A DNA stretch of 64,000 nucleotides from an uncultured Chloroflexia bacterium (GCA_963727055.1 CAVSEN010000003.1:210112-274111), one strand, 5' to 3'; shown: positions 9,577 to 18,190, counted from the first letter of the stretch. The notes: generated by a model from the letters alone, not told the origin. Made by a program: numbers and translations.

Positions 9577-10689
9577 GTGACCCGACCAGCGGTCCGTCGC
9601 CTGGTAATCCTGGCCGAGGGCCATTTCGGACCGCACGACGGCAAGACCGCGATGGGCGTGATCCGCTACGGACCGGACCCGATCGTGGCCGTGATCGACT
9701 CGACCAACGCCGGCCGCAACGTCCGCGAATGGCTCGGCGACCGGCCCCGCTTCGACATCCCGATCGTTGCCTCGCTGGCCGACGGGCTGGCCCTCGGTCC
9801 GACCCGCGGCGAACCGACTGCGCTCCTGATCGGGATCGCCCCGACCGGCGGCAAGCTGCCCGCGGCCTGGCGCCGGGCGATCCTCGACGCCATCGCGGCC
9901 GGCCTCGACATCCTGTCCGGCCTGCACACGCTGATCGGCGATGACCCGGAGTTCGCGTCGGCGGCCCGCGCCGCGGGCGTCGAGATCGTCGACTATCGCC
10001 GCCCGCCCCGCCGCGAGGAGACCGCCGTCGGCCGGGCCCACGCCCCCGGCAAGCACGTGATCCTGACGGTCGGGACGGACTGCGCGATCGGCAAGATGAG
10101 CGTTGCCCTGGAGCTGCGCCGGGCGGCCGTCGAGGCCGGCCTGGCCGCCGTCTTCGTGCCGACCGGTCAGACCGGGATGATGATCGATGGCTGGGGCGTG
10201 GCCGTCGACCGGGTGATCAGTGACTTCAGCAACGGCACCTGCGAGTGGCTGGTCGAGCAGGCCGAGGAGCGCGGCGACTGGATCATCGTCGAGGGCCAGG
10301 GCTCGCTCGACCACCCGGCCTACAGCGCGGTGACCCTCGGCCTGATCCACGGCAGCACCCCCCAGGCGATGGTCATGGTCCACAAGCCCGGCCTGCCCGA
10401 GCACGACTGGGACCACGTCCCGGGCCGGACCTTCCCGCTCCAGCCGCTGACCGACTTCATCCGGCTCCACGAGCAGGTAGCCGGTGTCGTCGCGCCCTCG
10501 AAGGTCGTGGCGATCGCCCTCAACACGTCGCTCTTCGCGGATGAGGCCGAGGCGCGCCGGCAGATCGCCGAGATCGCGGCCCAGACCGGGCTGCCGGCCG
10601 ATGACCCGGTCCGGTTCGGGCCGGAGCGGCTGTGGGCGGCGATCCAGGCCGGGGTCGAGGCGCTCGACCAGCCCGCCGGGCCTCGCTGA
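9577..10689 (+). CDS. DUF1611 family protein (DgcN-like N-acetyltransferase)
   Basis: VILAEGHFGPHDGKTAMGVIRY...GTDCAIGKM...IVEGQGSL pattern of DUF1611. GTG at 9577 is preceded by GAGGGAG. The track start at 9496 would abut the tRNA. Confidence 0.75.
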   Translation: MTRPAVRRLVILAEGHFGPHDGKTAMGVIRYGPDPIVAVIDSTNAGRNVREWLGDRPRFDIPIVASLADGLALGPTRGEPTALLIGIAPTGGKLPAAWRRAILDAIAAGLDILSGLHTLIGDDPEFASAARAAGVEIVDYRRPPRREETAVGRAHAPGKHVILTVGTDCAIGKMSVALELRRAAVEAGLAAVFVPTGQTGMMIDGWGVAVDRVISDFSNGTCEWLVEQAEERGDWIIVEGQGSLDHPAYSAVTLGLIHGSTPQAMVMVHKPGLPEHDWDHVPGRTFPLQPLTDFIRLHEQVAGVVAPSKVVAIALNTSLFADEAEARRQIAEIAAQTGLPADDPVRFGPERLWAAIQAGVEALDQPAGPR

Positions 10690-10699
10690 GCTGGCCGCG

Positions 10700-11761
10700 A
10701 TGAGCCTGGAACTGCGGACCGAGGTCATCCGGCTGCCCTATCGCGAGCCGTTCCGGATCGCCCGGTCCCACGGCGGCGACGGAATGAGCTCGGTCGTCGT
10801 CGAGCTCCGCCACCCCGCCTGGCCCGGCCTGGTCGGCCTGGGCGAGGGCTACCCCGACGCCTACTACGGCGAGACGCTCGAGACGATCGCGGTGGTCCTG
10901 CCGCTGCTCCTGGCCGCGATCTCGCCGGAGCACCTCGATGCGGCCGCCGCGGATCCGGGCCCGGGCCTGGCGGCGATCGGCGACGCGTTCGATGCGGCGA
11001 TCGCTCATCACGGTGCGGCCAAGTGCGCCCTCGACAGCGCCGTCCACGACCTCGTCGGCCGGCGCCTGGGCCGGCCGGCCTACGCGCTCCTGGACCTGTC
11101 GGCGGAGATCGGCCCGACCGACTTCACGATCGGCCTCGACGAGCCCGAGGTGGTTGCCGCCCGGGCGACCCGCGCGGCCCGCTTCCCGGCGCTCAAGATC
11201 AAGGTCGGCGGCCCGGCCGACCTCGAGACGCTCGAAGCCGTCCGGCGGGTCTACGCCGGCCCGCTGCGGGTCGACGCGAATACCGGCTGGACGCCCGAGC
11301 AGGGCGCCCGGCTGGTGCCCGACCTCGTCCGCCTCGGCGTCGAGCTGATCGAGCAGCCGTTCCCCGCCCATCGGCTCGATCAGCTGGCCTGGCTCCAGGA
11401 ACGCTCCGCGCTGCCCCTCGTTGCCGACGAGAGCGCGGTCACGATCCAGGACCTCGACCGGCTGGTCGGCGTCGTGGCCGGAGTCAACGTCAAGCTGGCC
11501 AAGTGCGGTGGCCCGGGGCCCGCCCGGCGGATGCTCGCCCGGGCCCGCGAGCTCGGCTTCCGGACCTTCCTGGGCTGCATGGAGGAGACCTCGCTCGGGA
11601 TCGCCGCCTCGGCCCACGTCGCGAGCCTGGCCGACTGGATCGACCTCGACGGCTGCCTGCTGATCGCCAACGACCCATTCGAGGGCCTCGAGCTCGGTCC
11701 GGACTGCCGCTGGCAGCTGGGTTCCGAGCCCGGATTGGGCATCCGGCGGCGCCCGGCCTGA
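10700..11761 (+). CDS. enolase-superfamily dipeptide epimerase / N-acyl amino acid racemase (DgcA-like)
   Basis: ATG at 10700 (MSLELRTEVIRLPYREPFRIA). KIKVGG, VDANTGW, IEQP and ADES motifs of the muconate-lactonizing/dipeptide epimerase subgroup. Confidence 0.8.
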   Translation: MSLELRTEVIRLPYREPFRIARSHGGDGMSSVVVELRHPAWPGLVGLGEGYPDAYYGETLETIAVVLPLLLAAISPEHLDAAAADPGPGLAAIGDAFDAAIAHHGAAKCALDSAVHDLVGRRLGRPAYALLDLSAEIGPTDFTIGLDEPEVVAARATRAARFPALKIKVGGPADLETLEAVRRVYAGPLRVDANTGWTPEQGARLVPDLVRLGVELIEQPFPAHRLDQLAWLQERSALPLVADESAVTIQDLDRLVGVVAGVNVKLAKCGGPGPARRMLARARELGFRTFLGCMEETSLGIAASAHVASLADWIDLDGCLLIANDPFEGLELGPDCRWQLGSEPGLGIRRRPA

Positions 11762-12005
11762 GCGCTCGCCGCGCGTCGGCCGGCTGCGCCCGGGTCCCGG
11801 CGCCGATCCCGGGCCTGTGGACAAGTTGGTGGACGAGATCGTGGACAAACCCCCTGCCCGCCTGCCGGGGCGAGGCCTATGATGGTTCGAACGGGCTGAC
11901 GGACCTTCGGGAGGGGGTCCTCGGCACCCCGATTGCACGCGGCCAGACCGCCCGCATCCGCGGTCGAGCGCGCCCTGCAGACGCGAGAGGAGGAGGGGGT
12001 TTTCA

Positions 12006-12296
12006 TTGACTGATACGCGCGCGCCCGCCGCGGCACCGATGTCCGCCGAGGCGATCGAATTCGTGCGCTTCTGCTACCGCCGGCGACGAGTCGGCTGGCC
12101 GGAGCTGTACGACGAGATGTGCGCCGTTGCGAGCCGTGGCCTGTATCAGGGCTGGGGCCTGGACGAGCTGTCCGAGCACGGGATCGGGTTCTCCCTGTTC
12201 GAGACACCCGGCCTTGCCCGGGTCGCAGCGGACGTCGCCCGGGAGGAGACCGACCGACGTCCCGCCAGCATCCCGATCCCCGTCGCGACCCCCTGA
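12006..12296 (+). CDS. hypothetical protein (96 aa)
   Basis: TTG at 12006 is preceded by GAGGAGGAGGGGG. Non-repetitive sequence (AIEFVRFCYRRRRVGWPELYDEMC...). A hairpin follows at 12321..12347. Confidence 0.5.
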   Translation: MTDTRAPAAAPMSAEAIEFVRFCYRRRRVGWPELYDEMCAVASRGLYQGWGLDELSEHGIGFSLFETPGLARVAADVAREETDRRPASIPIPVATP

Positions 12297-12320
12297 CGGG
12301 TCCCGGCCCAGGCCCTGCGG

Positions 12321-12347
12321 CGACCCCTGTCGAACCGGCGGGGGTCG
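12321..12347 (+). terminator. candidate intrinsic terminator
   Basis: CGACCCC-N13-GGGGTCG hairpin followed by TTCGATTC, about 25 nt after the 12296 stop. Confidence 0.4.
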
Positions 12348-12375
12348 TTCGATTCAGGGCTTGAGTGACGCATCC

Positions 12376-12562
12376 GCGGGTACTGGGTACAACAAGATGG
12401 CGGTTTCGGGCCGCAGGACGGGTCGGATGTCGCCGAAGACGCCCCAGGATGTCCGACCTCGAGCGTGGGACAGGAGCATCGACCCTTCGCTGGAGTCGCG
12501 GCCGTCGCGACTCGAGCCCGGAATCGCGTCACGAGGGCCCGTTTGTTGTACCTGATACCCGC
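12376..12562. ncRNA. candidate structured RNA of about 187 nt (rod-like, 6S-like size); an IR-bounded repeat is the alternative
   Basis: The ends pair perfectly: GCGGGTA/TACCCGC and GTACAACAA/TTGTTGTAC. Inner helices are CGGGCC/GGCCCG and TCCG..CTCGAG / CTCGAG..CGGA, plus local hairpins. It sits in a 305-bp non-coding spacer. Confidence 0.35.
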
Positions 12563-12601
12563 TTGATTCGGGGAGCGGGCGGCGGGCGACCCGGCAGGGG
12601 T

Positions 12602-12829
12602 CTAGGCGCGGATCCGGCGGCGGGCCATCTCGCCCTCGATCTGGCGTTCGGCCTCGACATAGCGATCGATCTGCTCGCGAAGCTCGTTGGCCTCGGGCGA
12701 GTAGAGGTGGACCTGCTGCTGGAGGATGTAGCTGAGGCGGCGGCTCGTCATCCGGACGTGGTCGAGGTTCTTCATCAGGACGAGGGGGTCCATCGCGGCC
12801 AGGTCCGACGGGTGGTACATCTCCTGCAT
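12602..12829 (-). CDS. hypothetical small protein (75 aa), predicted helical
   Basis: ATG at 12829. Sequence is not GC-shadow-like (MQEMYHPSDLAAMDPLVLMKNLDHVRM...). Lies 43 bp downstream of the methyltransferase. Confidence 0.5.
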   Translation of the reverse strand: MQEMYHPSDLAAMDPLVLMKNLDHVRMTSRRLSYILQQQVHLYSPEANELREQIDRYVEAERQIEGEMARRRIRA

Positions 12830-12872
12830 GGCGGCATTCTAGCCGGGCCCACCGCCCCCGGCCGGGCCGGGA

Positions 12873-14354
12873 TCAGACCGCGCGCAGGCGGCGCGGCGGC
12901 CAATCCCAGTCGACCGGTGTCGCCGCCCCACTGAGGGCCCGGCGGCGGCCGGCCTCGGTCGCCCCCAGGACCAGGATCCGGTCGAGCTTCGTTGCCCGCC
13001 CGGCCTCGTCACCCCAAAGCTTGGTCATCTTCCGCCCGGCCGCCACGTCGTCGAGGGCGACCCCGGCCAGCCGGTAGCCGGCCGGCAGCGCCGCCTCGGC
13101 CCAGACCCGCTCGGCCAGGCCGACGCCGCCCGACAGGTGTCGCCCGCGGTCGCGCTCGACGTCGCCGATCACGAGCACCACGACCGCGTCGTCGGCGAGC
13201 ACGGGCCGGAGCCCGTCGAGGACCTCGCGCATGAACTGCAGGTATTCCGTCCGGTGGTGGGCATCGTCGAGGGCTGCGTCGATGGCCGCCGGGTCTTCGC
13301 CCAGCAGCCAGGCCCGCATCCAGTTGTAGTAGCCGTACTTCACGACGCGGAGGTAGGGCGGTGAGGTCACGACCAGCCGGGCGCGATCAGGCAAGGCCCG
13401 AGCCCGCAGGGCGGCCCGGGCCCGGACGCCGGCATCACGCGCGTCGCCCAGCAGCGCGATCCCGCTCGAGGATGGGGGCGGCTGGCGGTAGAGGCGGGTC
13501 AGCTTGCGGTCGAGGCAGGTGAACAGGTCGCGTTCGGGCGAGTGGAACTCGGTCCGGGCGACGAAGTCCCGGACGTAGCCGCGGGCCATGCTGAACGTGT
13601 TCGGCATGACCTCGGACAGGTAGCTGGCCGACTTGCCGTGGAGGATCCCGGTCAGTGCGGCGGCCAGGAAGCGGTCGACCCGGTCGTCGAGCTGGAGGAC
13701 GGTCCGCACGAACAGGAGCTGGGCAAAGGTCCGGGGATGGAACGACAGGGCGACTTCGGGCGGTACCGGCTCGACCCCGTCCGTCGGTGCCCCGGCCGAC
13801 CCGGCCGCCGGGACGAGCTCGCCACCGGTTCCGGGCGCGGCGAGGAGGCGCAGCGACAGCGCCAGCCAGGCCGGGCCTTCGCTCGCCCAGCGCAGCCGGA
13901 GGGCCGTCAGGCGGGTCCGCGCCCCGGCCGGCGAGGCCGGCTCGAGCTTGGCCGCGGTCAGCAGGTAGGCGAACGGGTTGAGATCGTTGCCGACCCCGAC
14001 CCGACCCTCGGCCGACGCCTGGAGGGCCGTGGTTCCCCGGCCACTGAACGGGTCGAAGACCACGTCGCCGGGCCGCGACCAGCGGGCGATGAAGGCATGG
14101 GCGAGGGCCGCCGGGAAGCTCGCCAGGTACGAGCACATCGGGTGGAAGCTGTGGCCCCAAAGCCGCTGCTGGTCCTTCCACTCCGGGGCGATCGTCAATC
14201 GCGGGAGCTCGGCCGGCAGTTCGAAGGCCAGCTGGGCCGCCGTGGAGCCGGAAGTCGTCGATCGCGTCGCTGGCAGGTCGATGATCGAGGGAGAACTGGC
14301 GCGTTGGGCGCGCGGCACGTTCGGGCGGACCTCCGCAAGATCGTTCTGTCGCAC
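12873..14354 (-). CDS. site-specific DNA methyltransferase, N4/N6 type with permuted motif order (FxGxG first, SPPY later)
   Basis: AdoMet motif VVFDPFSGRGTTALQA followed by GNDLNPFA. Catalytic motif LVVTSPPYLRVVKY lies about 220 aa downstream. Confidence 0.7.
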   Translation of the reverse strand: MRQNDLAEVRPNVPRAQRASSPSIIDLPATRSTTSGSTAAQLAFELPAELPRLTIAPEWKDQQRLWGHSFHPMCSYLASFPAALAHAFIARWSRPGDVVFDPFSGRGTTALQASAEGRVGVGNDLNPFAYLLTAAKLEPASPAGARTRLTALRLRWASEGPAWLALSLRLLAAPGTGGELVPAAGSAGAPTDGVEPVPPEVALSFHPRTFAQLLFVRTVLQLDDRVDRFLAAALTGILHGKSASYLSEVMPNTFSMARGYVRDFVARTEFHSPERDLFTCLDRKLTRLYRQPPPSSSGIALLGDARDAGVRARAALRARALPDRARLVVTSPPYLRVVKYGYYNWMRAWLLGEDPAAIDAALDDAHHRTEYLQFMREVLDGLRPVLADDAVVVLVIGDVERDRGRHLSGGVGLAERVWAEAALPAGYRLAGVALDDVAAGRKMTKLWGDEAGRATKLDRILVLGATEAGRRRALSGAATPVDWDWPPRRLRAV

Positions 14355-14466
14355 TCGGAGCGACGGAGGCGGAGTGTAGCACGGCGAATCCAGCCCGCCG
14401 CACGGTACTCTTAGGCGTGCCGCGCCCGACGGTCGCGCACGAACCCCCTACTGCCGGAGGCCCGCC

Positions 14467-15045
14467 ATGGACGATCTGCTCAAGGAGATCAGCGGGGCCG
14501 TCGAAGGTCAGGCTGGTCAGGCAGGAACGCAGGGAGCGGGCCAAGCGACGCAGGGCCTGGGCGAGCTCAGCCAGCTGCTCGGCGGGCTCGGCGGCGGCAA
14601 TCTCGGCTCACTGCTCGGGGGCGTGACCGGGACCCCCGGCGCGACGACCGGCGGGAGCCCGTTGGGCAGTCTCGGCGCGCTGTTGCCGGCCCTGCTCGGC
14701 CTGCTCGGGGGGCAGGGCGGCAGCAATCAAACCGGCCTTCACCAGGTCGTCGGCAACATGCAGGCCAACGGCCTGGGCTCGGTGGCCCAGTCGTGGATCG
14801 GGAACGGCGCCAGCCAGGCGATCACGCCGGCGCAGGTTGAGCAGGTCCTCAGCTCGGGCCAGCTCGCCCAGCTCGCCTCGCAGTCGGGCCTTCCAGCCGA
14901 CCAGCTGAAGACCAACATCGCCGCGATCCTGCCCCATCTCGTCAGCGGCCTGTCGCCCAACGGATCCCTGCCCGAGCCGGCCCAGGTCCAGGGCATGATC
15001 GGCCAGATCCAGGGCGCACTGGGCGGGATCGCCGGCCAGCGCTGA
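14467..15045 (+). CDS. YidB/DUF937 family protein
   Basis: Gly-rich N-terminal half, then GLGSVAQSWIGNGASQAITPAQVEQVL...QLASQSGL, typical of DUF937. Confidence 0.65.
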   Translation: MDDLLKEISGAVEGQAGQAGTQGAGQATQGLGELSQLLGGLGGGNLGSLLGGVTGTPGATTGGSPLGSLGALLPALLGLLGGQGGSNQTGLHQVVGNMQANGLGSVAQSWIGNGASQAITPAQVEQVLSSGQLAQLASQSGLPADQLKTNIAAILPHLVSGLSPNGSLPEPAQVQGMIGQIQGALGGIAGQR

Positions 15046-15157
15046 CCGGCCCGCACGACCGGCAAACGCCTGCCGGCCCGGACGGCCCGCCCAAGGGACC
15101 GTCGGGGAAGCCGCACGTTCGACTCGTGCAGTCAATATCAGAGGGAGAGGGCCCAAC

Positions 15158-16837
15158 GTGAATCAACCGTTTCATGACGCGATGGCCCAGGGCTATGCCC
15201 TGAGCGAGCCGGCGATCCCGATCGGATCGCCGATCGACGGTGCGGACGCCCTCGGCGACGTCCGGATCCAGGTCTCGCTCGGCGTCCTCAACCGCCACGG
15301 GCTGATCGCCGGGGCGACCGGCACGGGCAAGACAAAGACGATCCAGCTCCTCGCCGGCGAGCTCTCCAAGGCCGGCGTGCCGGTCTTCGTCACCGACATC
15401 AAAGGCGACGTCACCGGGCTCGGGGCGCCGGGCGACGCGACCAACCCGCGGGTCATCGCTCGCTGCCAGCAGCTCGACTGGACCTTCGTGCCCGCAGCCC
15501 ACCCGGTCGAGTTCCTGTCCCTGTCGGGCAAGCTCGGCGCCCAGATCCGGGCGACGACCCACTCGTTCGGCCCGATCCTGCTGGGCAAGGTCCTCGGCCT
15601 GAACGACACCCAGACCTCGATCCTGTCGATCGTCTTCAAGTACTGCGACGACAACCAGCTGCCGCTGCTCGACCTGGCCGACCTGCGGACGACCCTGAAC
15701 TACCTCGGCTCGGACGCGGCGAAAGTCGCCCTGGCTGACTACGGCGGGATCGCGCCGGCCTCGCTGGGGGTCATCAACCGGGCCCTGATCACCCTCGAGC
15801 AGCAGGGTGCCGACGCGTTCTTCGGGGAGCCCGAGTTCGACGTTCGCGACCTGATCCGGACGACGGCCGACGGCCAGGGCATCATCAGCGTTCTCGAGAT
15901 CTCGGACGTGATGGACAAGCCGGCCCTGTTCGGGACGTTCGTCCTGTGGATGCTGGCCCAGCTCTACCATGCCCTGCCCGAGATCGGTGACCCGGTCAAG
16001 CCCCGCCTGGCGTTCTTCTTCGACGAGGCGCACCTGCTCTTCGACGATGCCAGCAAGGCCCTCCTCGACGAGATCGAGCAGACCGTCCGGCTGATCCGCT
16101 CGAAGGGCGTCGGCGTCTTCTTCGCGACCCAGACGCCGACCGACATGCCGGCCTCGGTCCTGGCCCAGCTCGGCAACCGCTTCCAGCACGCGCTGCGGGC
16201 GTTCACGCCGCAGGATGCCGACAACCTCAAGAAGACCGTCGAGACCTTCCCGATGACCACGTTCTTCGACGTCGGCCAGCGGATCCAGCAGCTCGGGACC
16301 GGGGAGGCGCTGGTCACCGTCCTGTCCCCGAACGGCGTGCCGACGCCCCTGGCACCGACCCGCGTGGGACCGCCCGACTCGCTGATGGCCGCCCTCGATC
16401 CGGCGACCTTCCAGCAGCTGGTCGCGACGGGCTCGCTTGGTCCCAAGTACGCGGCAACCGTCGATCGGCAGAGCGCCCACGAGATCATCACCGCCCGGAT
16501 CCAGGCCGCTCAGCAGGCAGCGGCCCAGGTCGCGGCAGCACCAGGTGCAGTAGCCGCCGGCGTCCCCGTTGGCGGCCCGGCGGCGACGCCCGGCCAGGTC
16601 ACGATGACCCAGGCCGAGTACAACCGCCAGGTCCGCGACCAGGAGCGAGCAGCGGCCGCGGCGCAACGGGCGGCCGACCAGGCCCAGCGCGCCCAGCAGC
16701 GCGCCCAGGCCCAGGCCGCCGCTGCCCAGAAGCGCCAGGAGACCCAGATCCTGCGGAGTGGCACCAGGCTGGTTACCTCGAGCGTCGGCCAGAGCCTGAT
16801 CCGGGGCGTCTTCGGGACCCTGTTCGGAAAGCATTGA
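15158..16837 (+). CDS. DUF853 family (YjgR/HerA-like) P-loop ATPase
   Basis: Walker A GATGTGKTKT and Walker B-like FFFDEAH. Ala/Gln-rich C-terminal tail. Confidence 0.8.
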   Translation: MNQPFHDAMAQGYALSEPAIPIGSPIDGADALGDVRIQVSLGVLNRHGLIAGATGTGKTKTIQLLAGELSKAGVPVFVTDIKGDVTGLGAPGDATNPRVIARCQQLDWTFVPAAHPVEFLSLSGKLGAQIRATTHSFGPILLGKVLGLNDTQTSILSIVFKYCDDNQLPLLDLADLRTTLNYLGSDAAKVALADYGGIAPASLGVINRALITLEQQGADAFFGEPEFDVRDLIRTTADGQGIISVLEISDVMDKPALFGTFVLWMLAQLYHALPEIGDPVKPRLAFFFDEAHLLFDDASKALLDEIEQTVRLIRSKGVGVFFATQTPTDMPASVLAQLGNRFQHALRAFTPQDADNLKKTVETFPMTTFFDVGQRIQQLGTGEALVTVLSPNGVPTPLAPTRVGPPDSLMAALDPATFQQLVATGSLGPKYAATVDRQSAHEIITARIQAAQQAAAQVAAAPGAVAAGVPVGGPAATPGQVTMTQAEYNRQVRDQERAAAAAQRAADQAQRAQQRAQAQAAAAQKRQETQILRSGTRLVTSSVGQSLIRGVFGTLFGKH

Positions 16838-17040
16838 CCGGGGAGGAGCTGCGCACGTGCCTCGTCGAGCTCGTTGACGACCAGCCTGGGGATGCCGTCA
16901 TGGGTGATCGCACGGATGGCCGGCTCAGCCTCGGCGGAGTCGTCCTCGCGATCCTCTTCGTCGCGTTCTGTCTTCTTGCCCTCGTCCTGATGGCCAACGC
17001 GATCGTTTCGGACAACCTTCCGTTCGTCCAACCGCCCTGA
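16834..17040 (+). CDS. possible small membrane protein
   Basis: Start overlaps the stop of the DUF853 gene. One hydrophobic segment (GVVLAILFVAFCLLALVLMA). Weak support. Confidence 0.3.
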   Translation: MTGEELRTCLVELVDDQPGDAVMGDRTDGRLSLGGVVLAILFVAFCLLALVLMANAIVSDNLPFVQPP

Positions 17041-17140
17041 ACGACCGCGACTCCCTGACACGTCGTGTTGGGCGGAGGTTGGTCTAGACCTGGGCGACGC
17101 AGTCGGTGGCCCCGGGTCTCGACATCAGGAAGCTCAAGTT

Positions 17141-17177
17141 GACCCCGCCGATCGATCCGGATCGATCGGCGGGGGTC
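17141..17177. terminator. bidirectional terminator-like palindrome between convergent genes
   Basis: GACCCCGCCGATCGATC-CG-GATCGATCGGCGGGGGTC, a near-perfect 17-bp stem. Confidence 0.5.
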
Positions 17178-17667
17178 AGTGCAACGGCTCAGCCACCGGG
17201 GGAGACACGGAGCCGTCGTACAGCGTTCGGTCGCCGAGCCACTGGTCGAGGTGGATCGGCTCGGGACCCCACGTGTCGTACATGCCGCATTGGCCCGGCG
17301 TCCTGTTGATGTACGCCTCGCTCTCGCGGAGCGTGATGATCACCGCCGTGGGCGTGTAGGTGATGACCGGGGTAAGCCAGGAAGTATCACCGGGGAGGTC
17401 CCACGGATGGCACCCGGGCCACTCGTTGAACCTGACGAAGATGGTCGTCGCGTCGTGCGCCGTAACCGTGGGGTCTGGGTTTCCGCTCGCGAGGGTGGGC
17501 CACCCCCACTCAACCGTCGGTCCCAACGTGTGTGGGCTGACCAGCCAGACCGAGAGCCCAAGGAGCATTGCCAGCCCGATGGCGATGAGCCCCAAAGGCA
17601 CGAAGCGACGGAGCCGAGACGGGGCAGTAGCGGGGATACTCGGTGCGATGGCAGGAGTGGGGGTCAT
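17176..17667 (-). CDS. hypothetical single-pass membrane protein
   Basis: TM segment FVPLGLIAIGLAMLLGLSVWLV, then a Trp/Pro-rich extracytoplasmic domain. The region is locally lower in GC. Confidence 0.55.
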   Translation of the reverse strand: MTPTPAIAPSIPATAPSRLRRFVPLGLIAIGLAMLLGLSVWLVSPHTLGPTVEWGWPTLASGNPDPTVTAHDATTIFVRFNEWPGCHPWDLPGDTSWLTPVITYTPTAVIITLRESEAYINRTPGQCGMYDTWGPEPIHLDQWLGDRTLYDGSVSPPVAEPLH

Positions 17668-17842
17668 TGGCTTCGTGTGACCTGCGGGCTGTCAGAGTCA
17701 GTCAATGCCGACTGGAGGCACCCCGCTACTACCCGGACGTACCCATGGTGGCTTCTGTCGGACGTGTGCTTCCGGACAAGAGAACGCCGACATCGAGTCG
17801 CAAGGCGACGGTCGTGCCGGGCTGCGTAGACTGGTCGCGCCC

Positions 17843-17918
17843 GTCCCCGTAGCTCAGCGGACAGAGCAACCGCCTTCTAAGCGGTAGGTCGAAGGTTCGA
17901 ACCCTTCCGGGGACGCCA
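17843..17918 (+). tRNA. tRNA-Arg (anticodon UCU), CCA encoded
   Basis: GTCCCCGTAGCTCAGCGGACAGAGCAACCGCCTTCTAAGCGGTAGGTCGAAGGTTCGAACCCTTCCGGGGACGCCA. Acceptor GTCCCCG/CGGGGAC. Anticodon loop CTTCTAA. Confidence 0.93.
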
Positions 17919-17998
17919 CTTGCCCAGAGCCGGCGTCGCGCTCCGGGTCATGGCGCCCCAGCTTCTCGACGGTTCGGCCGAGCCTAGACCTGGTGCGT

Positions 17999-18190
17999 GC
18001 TCGCTGCATGGACATTCCCAGGGTATGGGGGTCGATAAGGCTATGGATTCGGGCGAAACGGCGGACTAGGGTCGCCTCGATTCGCTCGATCGTGCTCAAT
18101 TCGTGCTCAACGGACGGGCTCTGAACCGGCGATCCCGCGCGCCTGGAGCGCTAAGCCGCGGGCTTACGCTCACAGCGACCATGCAGCGAG
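17999..18190. repeat. roughly 190-bp inverted-repeat-bounded element (family copy), 81 nt downstream of tRNA-Arg
   Basis: Left arm GCTCGCTGCATGGACATTCC (17999..18018). Right arm CACAGCGACCATGCAGCGAG ends at 18190. CTCGCTGCATGG/CCATGCAGCGAG is a perfect 12-bp inverted repeat. Confidence 0.6.

Noticed and set aside
11762-12005. A possible riboswitch, for example ZTP or THF, in the 244-bp spacer before the 96-aa ORF.
   Set aside because: I found only short generic hairpins and a possible TATGAT -10 element. I saw no match to conserved riboswitch cores I can recall. The point stays unresolved without a covariance-model scan.
12873-14354. A complete restriction-modification system around the methyltransferase.
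   Set aside because: No nuclease-like, specificity or helicase gene is on either side. The neighbours are a 75-aa helical protein and a YidB-like protein.
17854-18099. 81-aa ORF next to tRNA-Arg, considered as an integrase or recombinase remnant.
   Set aside because: Its C-terminus is antisense to the tRNA. Its MSMQRA segment is the inverted-repeat arm of the repeat element. I could recognise no recombinase motifs.
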